64,000 nt of DNA from a virus. The notes beneath the pieces were generated by a model, which worked only from the letters and a program-made list of their open reading frames with translations, made no database searches and was not told the origin of the DNA. The stretch spans positions 96,001 to 160,000 of the IMG/VR virus record IMGVR_UViG_3300028920_000029. One strand, written 5' to 3'. The translations under genes and the position numbers were made by a program. This document shows positions 20,398-31,243 of this stretch, piece by piece. Each line of letters opens with the position of its first letter. Positions within the stretch are counted from its first letter, which is position 1.

Positions 20398-20739
20398 TTA
20401 TTCGTTTGGCGTGACGTAAGGAACTACTCCGCCACCTGTGAAATAATATTCATACCAGAGATCCCCATCGGTAAAGGATAGGTTGCCTACTGATACGTGT
20501 GGAGCAATGGCGGCGAACAGTCTGTCCTGCCTTGCGTCCCTGCCGCCCAGGAACTCAATGGTACCTCTGGTAATGGTGAAACCAAAGAGCCTCAAAGCGT
20601 GGTCTAAGTTCCTGGCGCACAGTATGCGCTGCCCCTTATCCCATGCCTTGCCGTACTTGACGTTACCTTTCAACGCCTCAAACGCAGCTTTCTCGTTCTC
20701 AATCTTAAGCTTGGATTTAAAACACCCGTGTCTGCTCAT
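20398..20739 (-). CDS. hypothetical phage protein
   Basis: 113-aa ORF with RBS. Confidence 0.65.
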   Translation of the reverse strand: MSRHGCFKSKLKIENEKAAFEALKGNVKYGKAWDKGQRILCARNLDHALRLFGFTITRGTIEFLGGRDARQDRLFAAIAPHVSVGNLSFTDGDLWYEYYFTGGGVVPYVTPNE

Positions 20740-21168
20740 ACTAATTCACCTCCTTAGAAGATTTAAGTTTTCCCACTAAAATTTGTAGTTCTTTTTCTTT
20801 TTTTGCATTGAGTTCACGAATTTTGTCGTAATATGCTTCTCTGCATTCTCTACACCAATGTTTTACGCCCTTTATGTTTTGTTCACAAAGCATAATCCCT
20901 TTTGTGCTTCCTTCTTCCGAGAAAAATACATCTTGAGTTTTGCATAAATCACATGTATAGTTTTTCACGTCATACCTCCTTAGAAGATTTAAATCCGTAG
21001 TCCTTTACCTCTACCTTTGGTTTCCTGGCTATCGCTACCACCTTAACCGTCAAACCAATTAAGGCGTTAGCTCCCATACCTGCCAGAAACCAAGCAAACC
21101 AGTTAGTCATTACATCACCTCCTTATTTTTTATTCCTATGAGTGCGAGGGGGCCGAAGCCCCCAAGTA

Positions 21169-21879
21169 TTACTTACCGTCAGTTAACAGCTTAGATTTTT
21201 CGCTTACTTCTTTACTTGCCTGGTCAAGAATACCAAGAACTTTCTTACCCTGTTCAGACGCCATAAGGGCTTTCTTGGTGAGATTAGTTTTCATCTTCTT
21301 GATCTGTGCAGGCAGCTCCTCAATCCTGTTACCGATATCCATAATCTTCTTGGATATCTCATTCTGCTGTTTCTTGTATTTGTTGAGCTCTTTGAGCTGT
21401 TTCTTGATGAGCGCAGGAGAAACATCAAGGTCAACCTTAAGGTTATTCTCCCTGATGTTATCATTCCCGTCGTATCTGGTAATCATTCTGGTTCTTTTGT
21501 TCTGTACGTTGAAGTAAACCTGAACCTCACCGACAACGTTTGTAAAGTCTGCGCCGACACCATGACGGTCTACCTTACCGAGTGCGCAGTGTGCATCACA
21601 AAAGTAATACAAGGGAGTAGCCGCACCACCGAGGATTGCGCTGATGTTGGAGATAATAGGCTTGCATACTGTGTTAGCCCATTTCGTTACCTCTTCCTTG
21701 TGCTTTGCCTTAACAGCTTTAACCACCTCACGTAAGTCTGCGTTTTCCTTCTTGGCGGCCGCATACTCAGCGGCAAGCTCTTCTCTGACTTGGTCTTCGT
21801 ACACCTCAACCAGTTCGTGCTTACTGACTTTCATTTCTACAAGCTCAGTAAGGTCCGTGCCGAGAACTTTCTCACTCAT
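21169..21879 (-). CDS. coiled-coil protein
   Basis: long charged helical segments; GGAGGTGA RBS; UUCG hairpin just downstream. Confidence 0.7.
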   Translation of the reverse strand: MSEKVLGTDLTELVEMKVSKHELVEVYEDQVREELAAEYAAAKKENADLREVVKAVKAKHKEEVTKWANTVCKPIISNISAILGGAATPLYYFCDAHCALGKVDRHGVGADFTNVVGEVQVYFNVQNKRTRMITRYDGNDNIRENNLKVDLDVSPALIKKQLKELNKYKKQQNEISKKIMDIGNRIEELPAQIKKMKTNLTKKALMASEQGKKVLGILDQASKEVSEKSKLLTDGK

Positions 21880-22626
21880 AACTTCACCTCCATAATAAGA
21901 TTGGTGTTAGTCTTCTTCCCATTCGTCCTTTGTTTCCTCCTCGCCGTTAACTCCTACCTCCGTAGCGATGTAGTTCCATAATGCTTTGCCTTCGTACTGG
22001 CTTTCGGGGAATGATCCGTATGCCTCGTCATACTCCCTGCATATCTGTTTAACTTTCTCTATAGGCACTTCCATCTTAATACCTCCAGACGTCTATGATG
22101 CCCCGCACTGCTATATAGTAACAGGGCACACAGACCAGCAGTCGTATGAGTATCCCCATACCTATCTTCTTCATTGATACCCAAAGCCCCATGGTACAAG
22201 CGAACAGGGCTATCAGTAAGAACGTTACTACTAATGGATTCATAGTACTCACCCCCAAAGTAGGATTATGCTCCTGCCTAAGATAAAGAAGGCAAGGTAA
22301 CATGCAATTCTATACATAGTTCTTTCAAGTACATCATCAACTTTAGTTTCTGTTAACCACATCAAGCACACAACCACTGCCAAAGCACAACCCAGTAACA
22401 CTGTCATAACGATTGGATTCATAGTACTCACCTCCTATTAGTTTATAAGTCCGAGGGAGCCTAAGCTCCCTCATACTACCAAAGGCTAGACATCTTCATA
22501 GTAACACCTCCTTAGTATTATTTTATTTATTATTTATTTTATTGTCGAGCACAAGAATATTGTAGAGTACTACAGTACTAGGGGGTATACCTATGCTCGG
22601 TGCCCCCAGGGTGAAAATCACCTTCT

Positions 22627-22962
22627 CTCCCGATACCTAGGCTTCTAGGCTTCTAGGCTTCTAGGCTTCTAGACTTCTAATACTCCCGATACCTAGGCTT
22701 CTAGGCTTCTAGGCTTCTAGACTTCTAATACTCCCGATACCTAGGCTTCTAGGCTTCTAGGCTTCTAGACTTCTAGACTTCTAATACTCCCGATACCTAG
22801 GCTTCTAGTACTCTCGATACCTAGGCTTCTAGGCTTCTAGTACTCTCGATACCTAGGCTTCTAGGCTTCTAGTACTCTCGATACCTAGGCTTCTAGGCTT
22901 CTAGTACTCCCGATACCTAGGCTTCTAGGCTTCTAGTACTCCCGATACCTAGGCTTCTAGAC
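22627..22962. repeat. hierarchical 8-bp tandem repeat array
   Basis: GCTTCTAG units interleaved with 9 copies of CGATACCTAG spaced 56,48,56,24,32,32,32,32 bp. Confidence 0.95.
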
Positions 22963-23158
22963 TACCCGTTGGATACCCAACGCGCGGACTTAAGGTACCC
23001 CTCTTTCCCTATGGATATATCTTGGGTCCCCAGAAGGACTAAAAAATTTCCCTGGTATTTTTTGGGGATTGCTTGACAATATAAGGTATAATTTGGATAA
23101 ATAAGGCTATCTGGGATGTTACCTCTATTTAGGAGGCGATCGTTGATTCTAGGGGGTG

Positions 23159-23599
23159 TTACGGCTTAAATGGGGCTATTCTGAACAGCTTATGGACTAT
23201 ACTAAATATAGTACGTACTAGGTTACTAAGTAAGCGGTGTGATTTAAGTACTATACCATACCACCATGGGAATAACAAAAGACCTTTGGCTACGGGGTAA
23301 ACATAAGAATGATAGGTTTCTACTCTTGGTTTATATCTTTTATAAACCTTAACTAATCTATATAACTCACTCTCTGGAATCCTACCATTTTGGAAGTCTG
23401 AGCACCCCCAATCTCTTATATTGGAGAATATATACTCAATACATGTAACTGTATACCTCTTGTATATTATCTTTATAGGAGTGGCCGTGTGATGCCTGTG
23501 TATTACGTTATTTTCTTCCAGCCACTTCTTTAGTACTGTCATTATAGTTACGTTGTGGCACTTCCTTATTTTCTTCCAATCCTTAACTAGGTCCATCAT
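23159..23599 (-). CDS. DLVKDW-family protein (start revised)
   Basis: MMDLVKDWKKIRKCH; first 41 bp identical to 23999-24039; YKRYKP and PWWY motifs. Confidence 0.7.
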   Translation of the reverse strand: MMDLVKDWKKIRKCHNVTIMTVLKKWLEENNVIHRHHTATPIKIIYKRYTVTCIEYIFSNIRDWGCSDFQNGRIPESELYRLVKVYKRYKPRVETYHSYVYPVAKGLLLFPWWYGIVLKSHRLLSNLVRTIFSIVHKLFRIAPFKP

Positions 23600-24039
23600 T
23601 TCTTGTTTTCCTGAAACCATATGAAAGCCGTGCTGGTAAACAATCTTATCAGTCCTACAAGCGCACGCGCATACCACGGTATAACCGATATCCAAATAAC
23701 TGTTTCTGTAATAGCTGTGACTTTTGGTTTATACTTTTTATAAGCTGTGGCTACCTGCCACCAAACATCGTCCTCGACATCTCTCATGCTCATATCTATT
23801 CTATTTTGTCTGTTAAACAAATTATAGCGTGCTCGGTCGTAGTCTATGAATATATTGTTGTAACTCGTGCGCCTTCGAAAAAGTGTTAGGATTTCACATC
23901 TCCAGGGGGTTAATTTGCTGCAATATTCCACCTGATGATACTGCCTAATCCCAATTCTAAGTATACTCTTTCGTAATATTGTTATGATCGTTACTATATG
24001 GCACTTCCTTATTTTCTTCCAATCCTTAACTAGGTCCAT
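23596..24039 (-). CDS. DLVKDW-family protein
   Basis: MDLVKDWKKIRKCH...YKKYKP...PWY. Confidence 0.7.
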   Translation of the reverse strand: MDLVKDWKKIRKCHIVTIITILRKSILRIGIRQYHQVEYCSKLTPWRCEILTLFRRRTSYNNIFIDYDRARYNLFNRQNRIDMSMRDVEDDVWWQVATAYKKYKPKVTAITETVIWISVIPWYARALVGLIRLFTSTAFIWFQENKK

Positions 24040-24065
24040 AGGTTCCTTCCTTTCTTAGTATCGGC

Positions 24066-24437
24066 TTAAACTGGGATGCCGTGGAGGACTCTCCAAAAGG
24101 TATCGTCTTTATTGCTAGTAGTTACTGAGGTTAGGATAAAGGGCCTTCCATAGTTATTTAATAACCACTCTCTTACCTCGTCTCTAGTTGTGCAGGCTAT
24201 TTCAGCCCTATAGTTATTGCGTATATAATTAAGATGATAATGTAGATATTTTTCGTCTACAACAGTAATGTATGTGGTATCATAGTCCACCAGATTGTGC
24301 AGCAAGACTTCTAAAGCGGTCACCGATACCCCTTTCTTTGGATATATACAGGCTGTCCAGGTCCCTAACGGAATCGCCTTAAATAGCCCAAAGTCTTTTT
24401 CCTTTATTGGGTTCTTGGTTTTCATGGGCCTACTCAC
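24066..24437 (-). CDS. PKKGVSxTA-family protein
   Basis: PKKGVSVTA...EWLLNNYG. Confidence 0.65.
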   Translation of the reverse strand: MSRPMKTKNPIKEKDFGLFKAIPLGTWTACIYPKKGVSVTALEVLLHNLVDYDTTYITVVDEKYLHYHLNYIRNNYRAEIACTTRDEVREWLLNNYGRPFILTSVTTSNKDDTFWRVLHGIPV

Positions 24438-24712
24438 TCTCCCTGTGATTTGATAATATCTTTTATTTCAATTAATGCTTCCTGTTGAATTATCTCTACT
24501 GTTCCAGTATGTTGGTCTATTGTATCACACATAAACTGACACTTTCTTAATGCCTCTTTTATATCCTCAATAACCTTGCCTCGCTGAGATGCTAACTTTA
24601 TTAAATATCTTAATGACATATCACTTCCACAATCCTCACACTCATATACAGGAATAGTAACCACTGCGCCTTCATAATATTTCATTTTACCATTACATTT
24701 AGGACACTTCAT
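24434..24712 (-). CDS. Zn-ribbon protein
   Basis: CPKC...CEDC. Confidence 0.6.
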   Translation of the reverse strand: MKCPKCNGKMKYYEGAVVTIPVYECEDCGSDMSLRYLIKLASQRGKVIEDIKEALRKCQFMCDTIDQHTGTVEIIQQEALIEIKDIIKSQGE

Positions 24713-25308
24713 TTTACTCCTCCTTTATTTTTTTTAATACGGCCACGACCCCGAACTCGACCACGACCACGCCATTGACCTACCATAAATATTTAAATAT
24801 ATCATTTCACTCCTCCTTATTCCTGATAGGACACGTGTCATAATTACACTTATGCCCGTCATTATCTTTATGCTTACATATTACATTTTCAGGCATTCCA
24901 CTTGTGTCTATTACATATTTTCTATGTTGACAATTCTTTTGCCAGTTCTCCCACATATCCTTACTCCCCTGTTCGTATGCCTTATTCTTTTCTGCTTCCA
25001 TTTCTTCTTCAATACTTTCTGCCTCATCAAAACTTCCTGCATACTTTAATCGCCTTTTACAATTTTCTATTTCTTCTTTTATTTCTTTTTTATCCATATC
25101 ACTCACTCTCCTTTATTGTTAGGTTTAAATTGTCTGCAATACTTACCGCCCTCTAAAACTCTCCCCATTTGAGGTATTGGAGCCTTACACCCAAAAGTCT
25201 TTCTCGTGCCAGCCGCGATCCTTAATCCTGACGCCTTAAAAGCTTTGGACGCCTCGTTAGTAATCGTATACCTCCCTCTATAAAAGTATCTGCACTTTGC
25301 GCACCTGC

Positions 25309-25587
25309 TCATTTTTTAACTCCCTCATCTATTAAAGTCGCACCTAGGGCCGCTAAAACAAAAAACGGTCCGAAACCTATTACTACCATACCTACCAAAC
25401 TTCCAAATACTTTTGTAATATACCAAAATTGGGCGAAAAAATTGCACGGGTTTTCTGGCTGCTCTATAGCCATAATCGGCGCTTGGTGGTTACTGTTATA
25501 ACACTCCATGGCTGTCGCAAAACTTATTACGTATACTATACCCAGTATACAAACTAAAACTCCTAAAACAATCTTTGTTATATTCAT
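25309..25587 (-). CDS. membrane protein
   Basis: two hydrophobic segments. Confidence 0.6.
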   Translation of the reverse strand: MNITKIVLGVLVCILGIVYVISFATAMECYNSNHQAPIMAIEQPENPCNFFAQFWYITKVFGSLVGMVVIGFGPFFVLAALGATLIDEGVKK

Positions 25588-25668
25588 ATCTTCTCCTTTA
25601 GTTTAAGTGACACGTCTCAACCTACAGCACGTGGAGCAGTCGAACGCGACCATGTTTAACGAGGTCAA

Positions 25669-26415
25669 TCACTCCCCGCCACGTTTACGGTGGGAAATCC
25701 CACACGTGGCACTTTTAGTTTTTTCTTCCCGCAAAGCCTTAGTACAATGATGCTGCAAGTTTGACGGAGACACGTTGTATATAACACTTAACTCCGCCCA
25801 CGTTAATTTCTTTCGCAGCATCATTATATTTTTCGTGTCTTCCATCGATATTTTTGGTATACGTTTTACTCCGTAATCGCGCAAAGCCTGTCTTACCCGC
25901 TGCTCCGACCTAGATAGCTTATCCGCCGTTTCTCTTATAGATAGCCCCGCATTGTGTGCTCTTAAAATCTCTTTATCTATTTCCTTTCCTTGCTCCACTT
26001 TTATGTTCTTTTGTACAGAATAGTGCGTTCTGTGTGTCCACGATACTACGGATTCTGGAAGCCTTAGCTTTTTGCCTATCTCCTTAAATGATATGTTATT
26101 CTTTCTATAGGTGTCTATTACCTCCGCTCTTTTACTAAGCGACGAGGTTTTCTCTATGGAAGATTTGTACCATAAAGTAGCTGCGGCTTTGGGACCGTAT
26201 TTGTTAAGTAATGTTTTGTATTTCGGTTTTTCTTTAGCGATGTATCTTAGCAACTCCTTAAGGTATTCTTTGTTTTTACTAGGCTTCGCTTTAACGAAGT
26301 GTACCTTCATTGTTGACCTACACGTTTTAGTTTTTTCTTCTGCAGCTCTATGGGTACTACCATTAGCCAACAACGTCACCCATCTATCTAAAAGTCTTTC
26401 CCTGTGTTTAGTCAT
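25669..26415 (-). CDS. multi helix-turn-helix DNA-binding protein
   Basis: repeated HTH-like segments (SFKEIGKKLRL, SIRETADKLSRS, TWAELSVIYNVS). Confidence 0.65.
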   Translation of the reverse strand: MTKHRERLLDRWVTLLANGSTHRAAEEKTKTCRSTMKVHFVKAKPSKNKEYLKELLRYIAKEKPKYKTLLNKYGPKAAATLWYKSSIEKTSSLSKRAEVIDTYRKNNISFKEIGKKLRLPESVVSWTHRTHYSVQKNIKVEQGKEIDKEILRAHNAGLSIRETADKLSRSEQRVRQALRDYGVKRIPKISMEDTKNIMMLRKKLTWAELSVIYNVSPSNLQHHCTKALREEKTKSATCGISHRKRGGE

Positions 26416-27288
26416 AACCCCTACCTCTGTTGAGGAGATATAGCAAACGTTGCCACGTCCCCTTGTATACTATTACTTACCCTTGTTTTTTCTCCGTGAG
26501 ATATCTTTGCTTTTCTCTCTATACTCTCCACTATCTTTACCCACGTACTAATATGCTTTACGGAATCTTTCGGTTGTATGAGTATTTTAAACCCTAATGT
26601 GTACGCGTCTGCTTGGTACGCTAAAGACGTAATAAACTCTTTTAAAGGTATTAAAGTTATTACGTCATGTATTACTCCTATGTTAATAAATACCTTACAA
26701 TCTCCTTCCTCTAACCTGGATAAGTAATCATATAACCCTTCTTCCGTTAACATTTCACTTCTCCTTTGGTAATATAAATGTTGGAAGGCCTTCCTTTTTT
26801 AAACGAATTTCTATTTGCTTCCATTGGTCTTTCACCTTTTGTATATCTTCTGGCCCATCACCATCGTATATAGGTAATTTTCATCACACTCAGACCATTC
26901 ATAAAACTTAAGTTCTCTCATAGTTCACTCTCCCTTGTTTATTAAACATTCTATTAGTGCTACTATTAATGCTACTATTAGTAAAGTTGCGAAAACTGCT
27001 AGTCCTGCTGCTATATGGCAATCACCTTCCATTGTTATCACTCCTCCTTATCTGTACTTGGATATAATCTTAAACACTGCTTTGTTAAACTCTTCTGATG
27101 TCATACTTAAATTGGGTTCTTGATATAGTTCCTCAATCTCTTTAATAACTTTAGATAGCCTTGCTTTGTATCTTTTCTTACACTTATCCCAACCCTCTTT
27201 ATACCCATCTTTATAACTGTCACCTTCTTCAAATATTACTCCTGAAATTTCCTTAGTCATTACTCCTCCTTTTCTACCCCACTGTATC

Positions 27289-27750
27289 CTATGTGTCGTC
27301 TTTTGGATCCTTTGGGTTTACTGGTCTCCAAGAAAAGAACCTATCCCATATTCTAATATACATATCTATAAAGAAGTTTGTCGGTTGACCTACTAGGTCG
27401 AAGGTTTCTATGTACTTGGTAGGTGAATACCTGGTTATTGGTCTTTTCTTCTTATAGGTTTTTGCAACAGTATACCAAGCTAACTCAGGTATTTCTCCCG
27501 CTCTGGACGTAGGATACGACCAAATTTTATTAAATCTGTAATTTACTTGTAGCGCTATTCCTCGGTTTTTGTTGCTTAACGTTTCTAAAAACAGTATCTG
27601 TATAGTGGGTCCGAACTTTAGTGTACACGATATTTTTCTGTAGCCATTTGTGTCCTTAGCATGTAGCCATCTCTTTAAAAGCGCCATAACAGTAATAGTG
27701 CTCATCTTCCTTATCCTCTTCCAATCTTTAACTAAGTCTATTCCTGCCAT
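27289..27750 (-). CDS. DLVKDW-family protein
   Basis: IDLVKDWKRIRK...YKKKRP. Confidence 0.7.
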   Translation of the reverse strand: MAGIDLVKDWKRIRKMSTITVMALLKRWLHAKDTNGYRKISCTLKFGPTIQILFLETLSNKNRGIALQVNYRFNKIWSYPTSRAGEIPELAWYTVAKTYKKKRPITRYSPTKYIETFDLVGQPTNFFIDMYIRIWDRFFSWRPVNPKDPKDDT

Positions 27751-28085
27751 GGAAACACTTCCTTTCTCTCACACAGGTCTAAGTATGACTTCAGTAAATC
27801 GATATTCCACACACACGCATGTATTTCTTTACCTGGGTTCTTAAGTATGTATGATGCTATGCTATCCCTAGTATTGTACTCGGTTAGGTTCCCATCCCCG
27901 TTTATATTATATAACTGTGCTCCTGAAAAAACTTTTAATATATTAGCCGCTATAGCAGTGGCTGATAAGCCTTTCTTAGGAATTATTACCATGCGCTCGT
28001 CTAATCCAGCCTCCAAATAAAAAAACTTGTGCTCATACTTGCAGCTAGTATGCCTATTAAATATGTCCCTCCAACTATTGTTCAT
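27738..28085 (-). CDS. PKKGVSxTA-family protein
   Basis: PKKGLSATA...ILKNPGKE. Confidence 0.65.
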   Translation of the reverse strand: MNNSWRDIFNRHTSCKYEHKFFYLEAGLDERMVIIPKKGLSATAIAANILKVFSGAQLYNINGDGNLTEYNTRDSIASYILKNPGKEIHACVWNIDLLKSYLDLCERKEVFPWQE

Positions 28086-28593
28086 CGTTATTCCCCTTAG
28101 GCTCTCGCGGCCAAAGACCGAGTTTAGTTTTTATCACATACCATACCCGCATTATTGCTATCCGTATCTTAACGACTATCCCCATAAACATAAGTATTGG
28201 ATACGTTTTAAATTGGGCTATAGTTAGTGTTATTATCCTGCCGCTGCCATCGTTATGCGTTAGAATATTATTCTTTTCGATACGCATCGTCGGCTTATAC
28301 TTTTTATACCTTAAGGCCATAGTATATAAATCTTCCTCCGTCGATTCTTCTGACGGTACCGCCATGCGTCCTCCGCTAAAGTCATACCACGATGTTGTAA
28401 CGTATACACTACCGTCATCCCGCAAACTAAAGAATAGGGTAGTTCTTTTTACTTTAAATGGCTTCTCAAGTTCTGCTACTGTTATTTGGTAATATATAAT
28501 ATTATCGGACTTCTTTACCCACCGAAGCATTAGCTTCATTATAGTTATAACGCTGTATTTTTTAATTATGTTGTAATCTTTTATTAAGTCCAT
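28075..28593 (-). CDS. DLVKDW-family protein
   Basis: MDLIKDY...YKKYKP, hydrophobic C-terminus. Confidence 0.7.
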   Translation of the reverse strand: MDLIKDYNIIKKYSVITIMKLMLRWVKKSDNIIYYQITVAELEKPFKVKRTTLFFSLRDDGSVYVTTSWYDFSGGRMAVPSEESTEEDLYTMALRYKKYKPTMRIEKNNILTHNDGSGRIITLTIAQFKTYPILMFMGIVVKIRIAIMRVWYVIKTKLGLWPREPKGNNDEQ

Positions 28594-28929
28594 TTATTCC
28601 TCACTAACAATTTTTGCGAAGAAAGGCTCCCCTGGATTATCTAGTAGCCACTCCTTAAACTCATCTTCGCTAGTAAAATACTCTTCATCTTTCGCCCCTT
28701 TGATGGCGGCGCTCTTTATTATAAAAATTTGGTGTGGGTGCGACTTCTTTATATCGGCCACCGCAGCCGTTATGCTTACGCCTTCCTTTATAGTAAATTT
28801 TACTATGGAGGCAAATGTGCCATTACCATACTTAGCCGTCAGTATATTTGCCCTTCCTTCTCCCAGGTACTCCATAGTGTGATATCTATAGGCTAATATC
28901 TTCCTGGCAAACTTAAAGTTTAAGGCCAC
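28594..28929 (-). CDS. PKKGVSxTA-family protein
   Basis: KEGVSITA...EWLLDNPG. Confidence 0.65.
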   Translation of the reverse strand: MALNFKFARKILAYRYHTMEYLGEGRANILTAKYGNGTFASIVKFTIKEGVSITAAVADIKKSHPHQIFIIKSAAIKGAKDEEYFTSEDEFKEWLLDNPGEPFFAKIVSEE

Positions 28930-28939
28930 CTTTACCTCC

Positions 28940-29233
28940 TTATTTTATATCCAAATAGTTTTCACTAAAACGGCTACTAACGGCTATTCTAAATGTTGGG
29001 GGCTTTTTGTTTCGATCTTTATAATGTATATACCACCTACAAAATACATCTGGTGTACGGAATTGACTGGTATCTTTATAAGGCATCCAAAAATTATATC
29101 GCTTATCAAGATACTTAAGTAGCGCAGTTATACTAACCGTTGGCTTTGGGGTTACCTCATATATACTGTTGACTGTTGACGGTCCACCTCCCCTAAAATC
29201 AACTGTACAAATAATATTATCTTCTTCTATCAT
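28940..29233 (-). CDS. PKKGVSxTA-family protein
   Basis: VTPKPTVSITALL. Confidence 0.6.
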   Translation of the reverse strand: MIEEDNIICTVDFRGGGPSTVNSIYEVTPKPTVSITALLKYLDKRYNFWMPYKDTSQFRTPDVFCRWYIHYKDRNKKPPTFRIAVSSRFSENYLDIK

Positions 29234-29426
29234 CTTTGAGCCTTATTCTTTGGCCATCGGTTAGGTTTTTCGTCTTGGTTAATTTCTACTGACGGACCTG
29301 GTATACCATCCTCAACTTTTACGTGAACGGGGCACCCAAAATGCCAATACACCTTAACGGGCCTTGTTGGATCCTGAACCCAATAGCCTCCAGGATACTC
29401 TTCTTCTATACTTTTAGGTAGCTTAC

Positions 29427-29744
29427 TCATTGTTTCCTCCTAGGTATTGCTTGATTAGGTTGAATAGTAAAGTTTCCTCCAGAAGCACAAAGATCTTTTA
29501 CGGTAGTGACTCTAAATTCTTTACCAGGGTTATCCAGTAGCCAGCGCTTAAACGTATTTGGGTTGGGTTTTAACACTAACCTACCCTCAATCGACTCAGC
29601 AAACGTCTTGTTTAATTCCGCTAATACTGCGGTTGCCGACGGGGTTCCTAGTGGTGTTATTTTCCACCTACGCTCACCAAGCCAACTGCCCACACCGTCG
29701 TCTGTTATTTCCTCAGTCTTAAATATTTTACTCACTGAACACAC
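29427..29744 (-). CDS. PKKGVSxTA-family protein
   Basis: ITPLGTPSATA...RWLLDNPGKE. Confidence 0.6.
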   Translation of the reverse strand: MCSVSKIFKTEEITDDGVGSWLGERRWKITPLGTPSATAVLAELNKTFAESIEGRLVLKPNPNTFKRWLLDNPGKEFRVTTVKDLCASGGNFTIQPNQAIPRRKQ

Positions 29745-29905
29745 CTTCCGACTCTATTGGTTCTATGATAGATAGCTGACTTATTTTGTTCTCCAGATTT
29801 TCTACCCTATCCTCAAGTCGCTTAAACTTATCAGTTGTAACTACCATAAACGCTATCATCACTGCCATAAACAGCGTTATCACAACGGACTCAACCTTAT
29901 CCATA

Positions 29906-30436
29906 TTACTCACTCTCCTTTAATATTTTAATACCATATTTTAATATCTTTAACCTCATTTTATTTTTTGCATAAGCAGCATCATAAGCAGCATCATAAG
30001 CAGCATAAGCAGCATCATAAGCAGCATCATAAGCAGCATCATAAGCAGCAGCATAAGCAGCATCATAAGCAACAGTATAAGCAGAATAAGCAGTAGTATA
30101 AGCAGTAGTATAAGCAGCATAAGCAGCCTTTTTATTTTTTTGTGTAGGATTTTTTATACATTTTTTTGCTGCCTCTATTGCTTTTCTCGGTCTATCGTCA
30201 CTCGGATATTTCTTTTCAAAAATATCTATTACTTGTTCTGCTGCATATACAGCATAAGATACATATTGCTTATATTCCATTACCCTAACAATTAACCAAT
30301 TAGCCCAGTCTAAATGCTTCTCTTTTATTAACTTCTTTACAACCTTTAATCCGTCTATCTCTTCCTGTTTGGTAAACCACTCAATACCCTCACTACAAGC
30401 ATCCTTTTCTTCTAACCATTTAACTGTTATATCCAT
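29906..30436 (-). CDS. phage protein with AAYD repeats (Imm5-like region)
   Basis: ACSEGIEWF, PSDDRPRKAIEAA, 12-nt tandem repeats. Confidence 0.7.
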   Translation of the reverse strand: MDITVKWLEEKDACSEGIEWFTKQEEIDGLKVVKKLIKEKHLDWANWLIVRVMEYKQYVSYAVYAAEQVIDIFEKKYPSDDRPRKAIEAAKKCIKNPTQKNKKAAYAAYTTAYTTAYSAYTVAYDAAYAAAYDAAYDAAYDAAYAAYDAAYDAAYAKNKMRLKILKYGIKILKESE

Positions 30437-31243
30437 ATTACACCTCCTTAATGTGTTATTATTACATCATCTTTGCATTTATGAAAAATTTTAAAAAGAA
30501 TCCACATACCAACAGCTCCTAGACCAAGACCACAATAAAAAATAGAAACTGCAAAAATAATAATGTCTACTTCTGTAAAAGTGCTTGGGACCATTATAAC
30601 CTTATCCTCTAACATATTACTCACTCTCCTTTAATTATTTTAGGGCTGTGGTGTGTCCTAAACCCCTACGAGTTTAGTCTGCCCTTTGCAATAGGGCTTT
30701 GGCTTTACACATATTTCAGATACCCACACCACATTTAAGCACCCTTACTCACTCTCCCTGTGATTTGATAAAACTAATTTTTAAGTTTTATTTCACTGTA
30801 ATCAAAACTGTGTTTCCTTAATGCGTCAATAATATCGTTTTGAATACTATTTATATTCATTTCTATTTCATCCTTTGTGAGACCTGTCATTTTTACATCA
30901 ACTTTCATACTTATTTCATCCGTCCAGTGTCCATTTGTTGCTACTACCTTAAATGTTCTTTTCATTTCTAGTTACCTCCCTGTGATTTGACTTTTTAATT
31001 TCTATATTTAATCCCATAATTCCAAAGATAAAAGACCTTTCAACTATTTGAATTTGAACTCGGAATAAATGAATATCAAAAAAAGATATTCTTAAATACA
31101 ATAAATCAGTAATACCATAATACATAAACTGAAAACACCTAAAATCTATTTGAATTCCCTCTTTTATTTGTATATCTATTTTTTTATCATATGTTAACCA
31201 GTCTTGCCAAAACTTTATATCCATATTACACCTCCTTATTTTT

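Noticed and set aside
22627-22962. CRISPR array
   Set aside because: The sequences between repeats are themselves repeat units; there are no unique spacers and no cas operon.
23073-23092. Plus-strand promoter TTGACA..TATAAT
   Set aside because: The hexamers are only 8 bp apart and no plus-strand gene follows.
23556-24039. Diversity-generating retroelement TR/VR pair
   Set aside because: The 41-bp repeat is identical, lies at gene starts, and no reverse transcriptase is seen.
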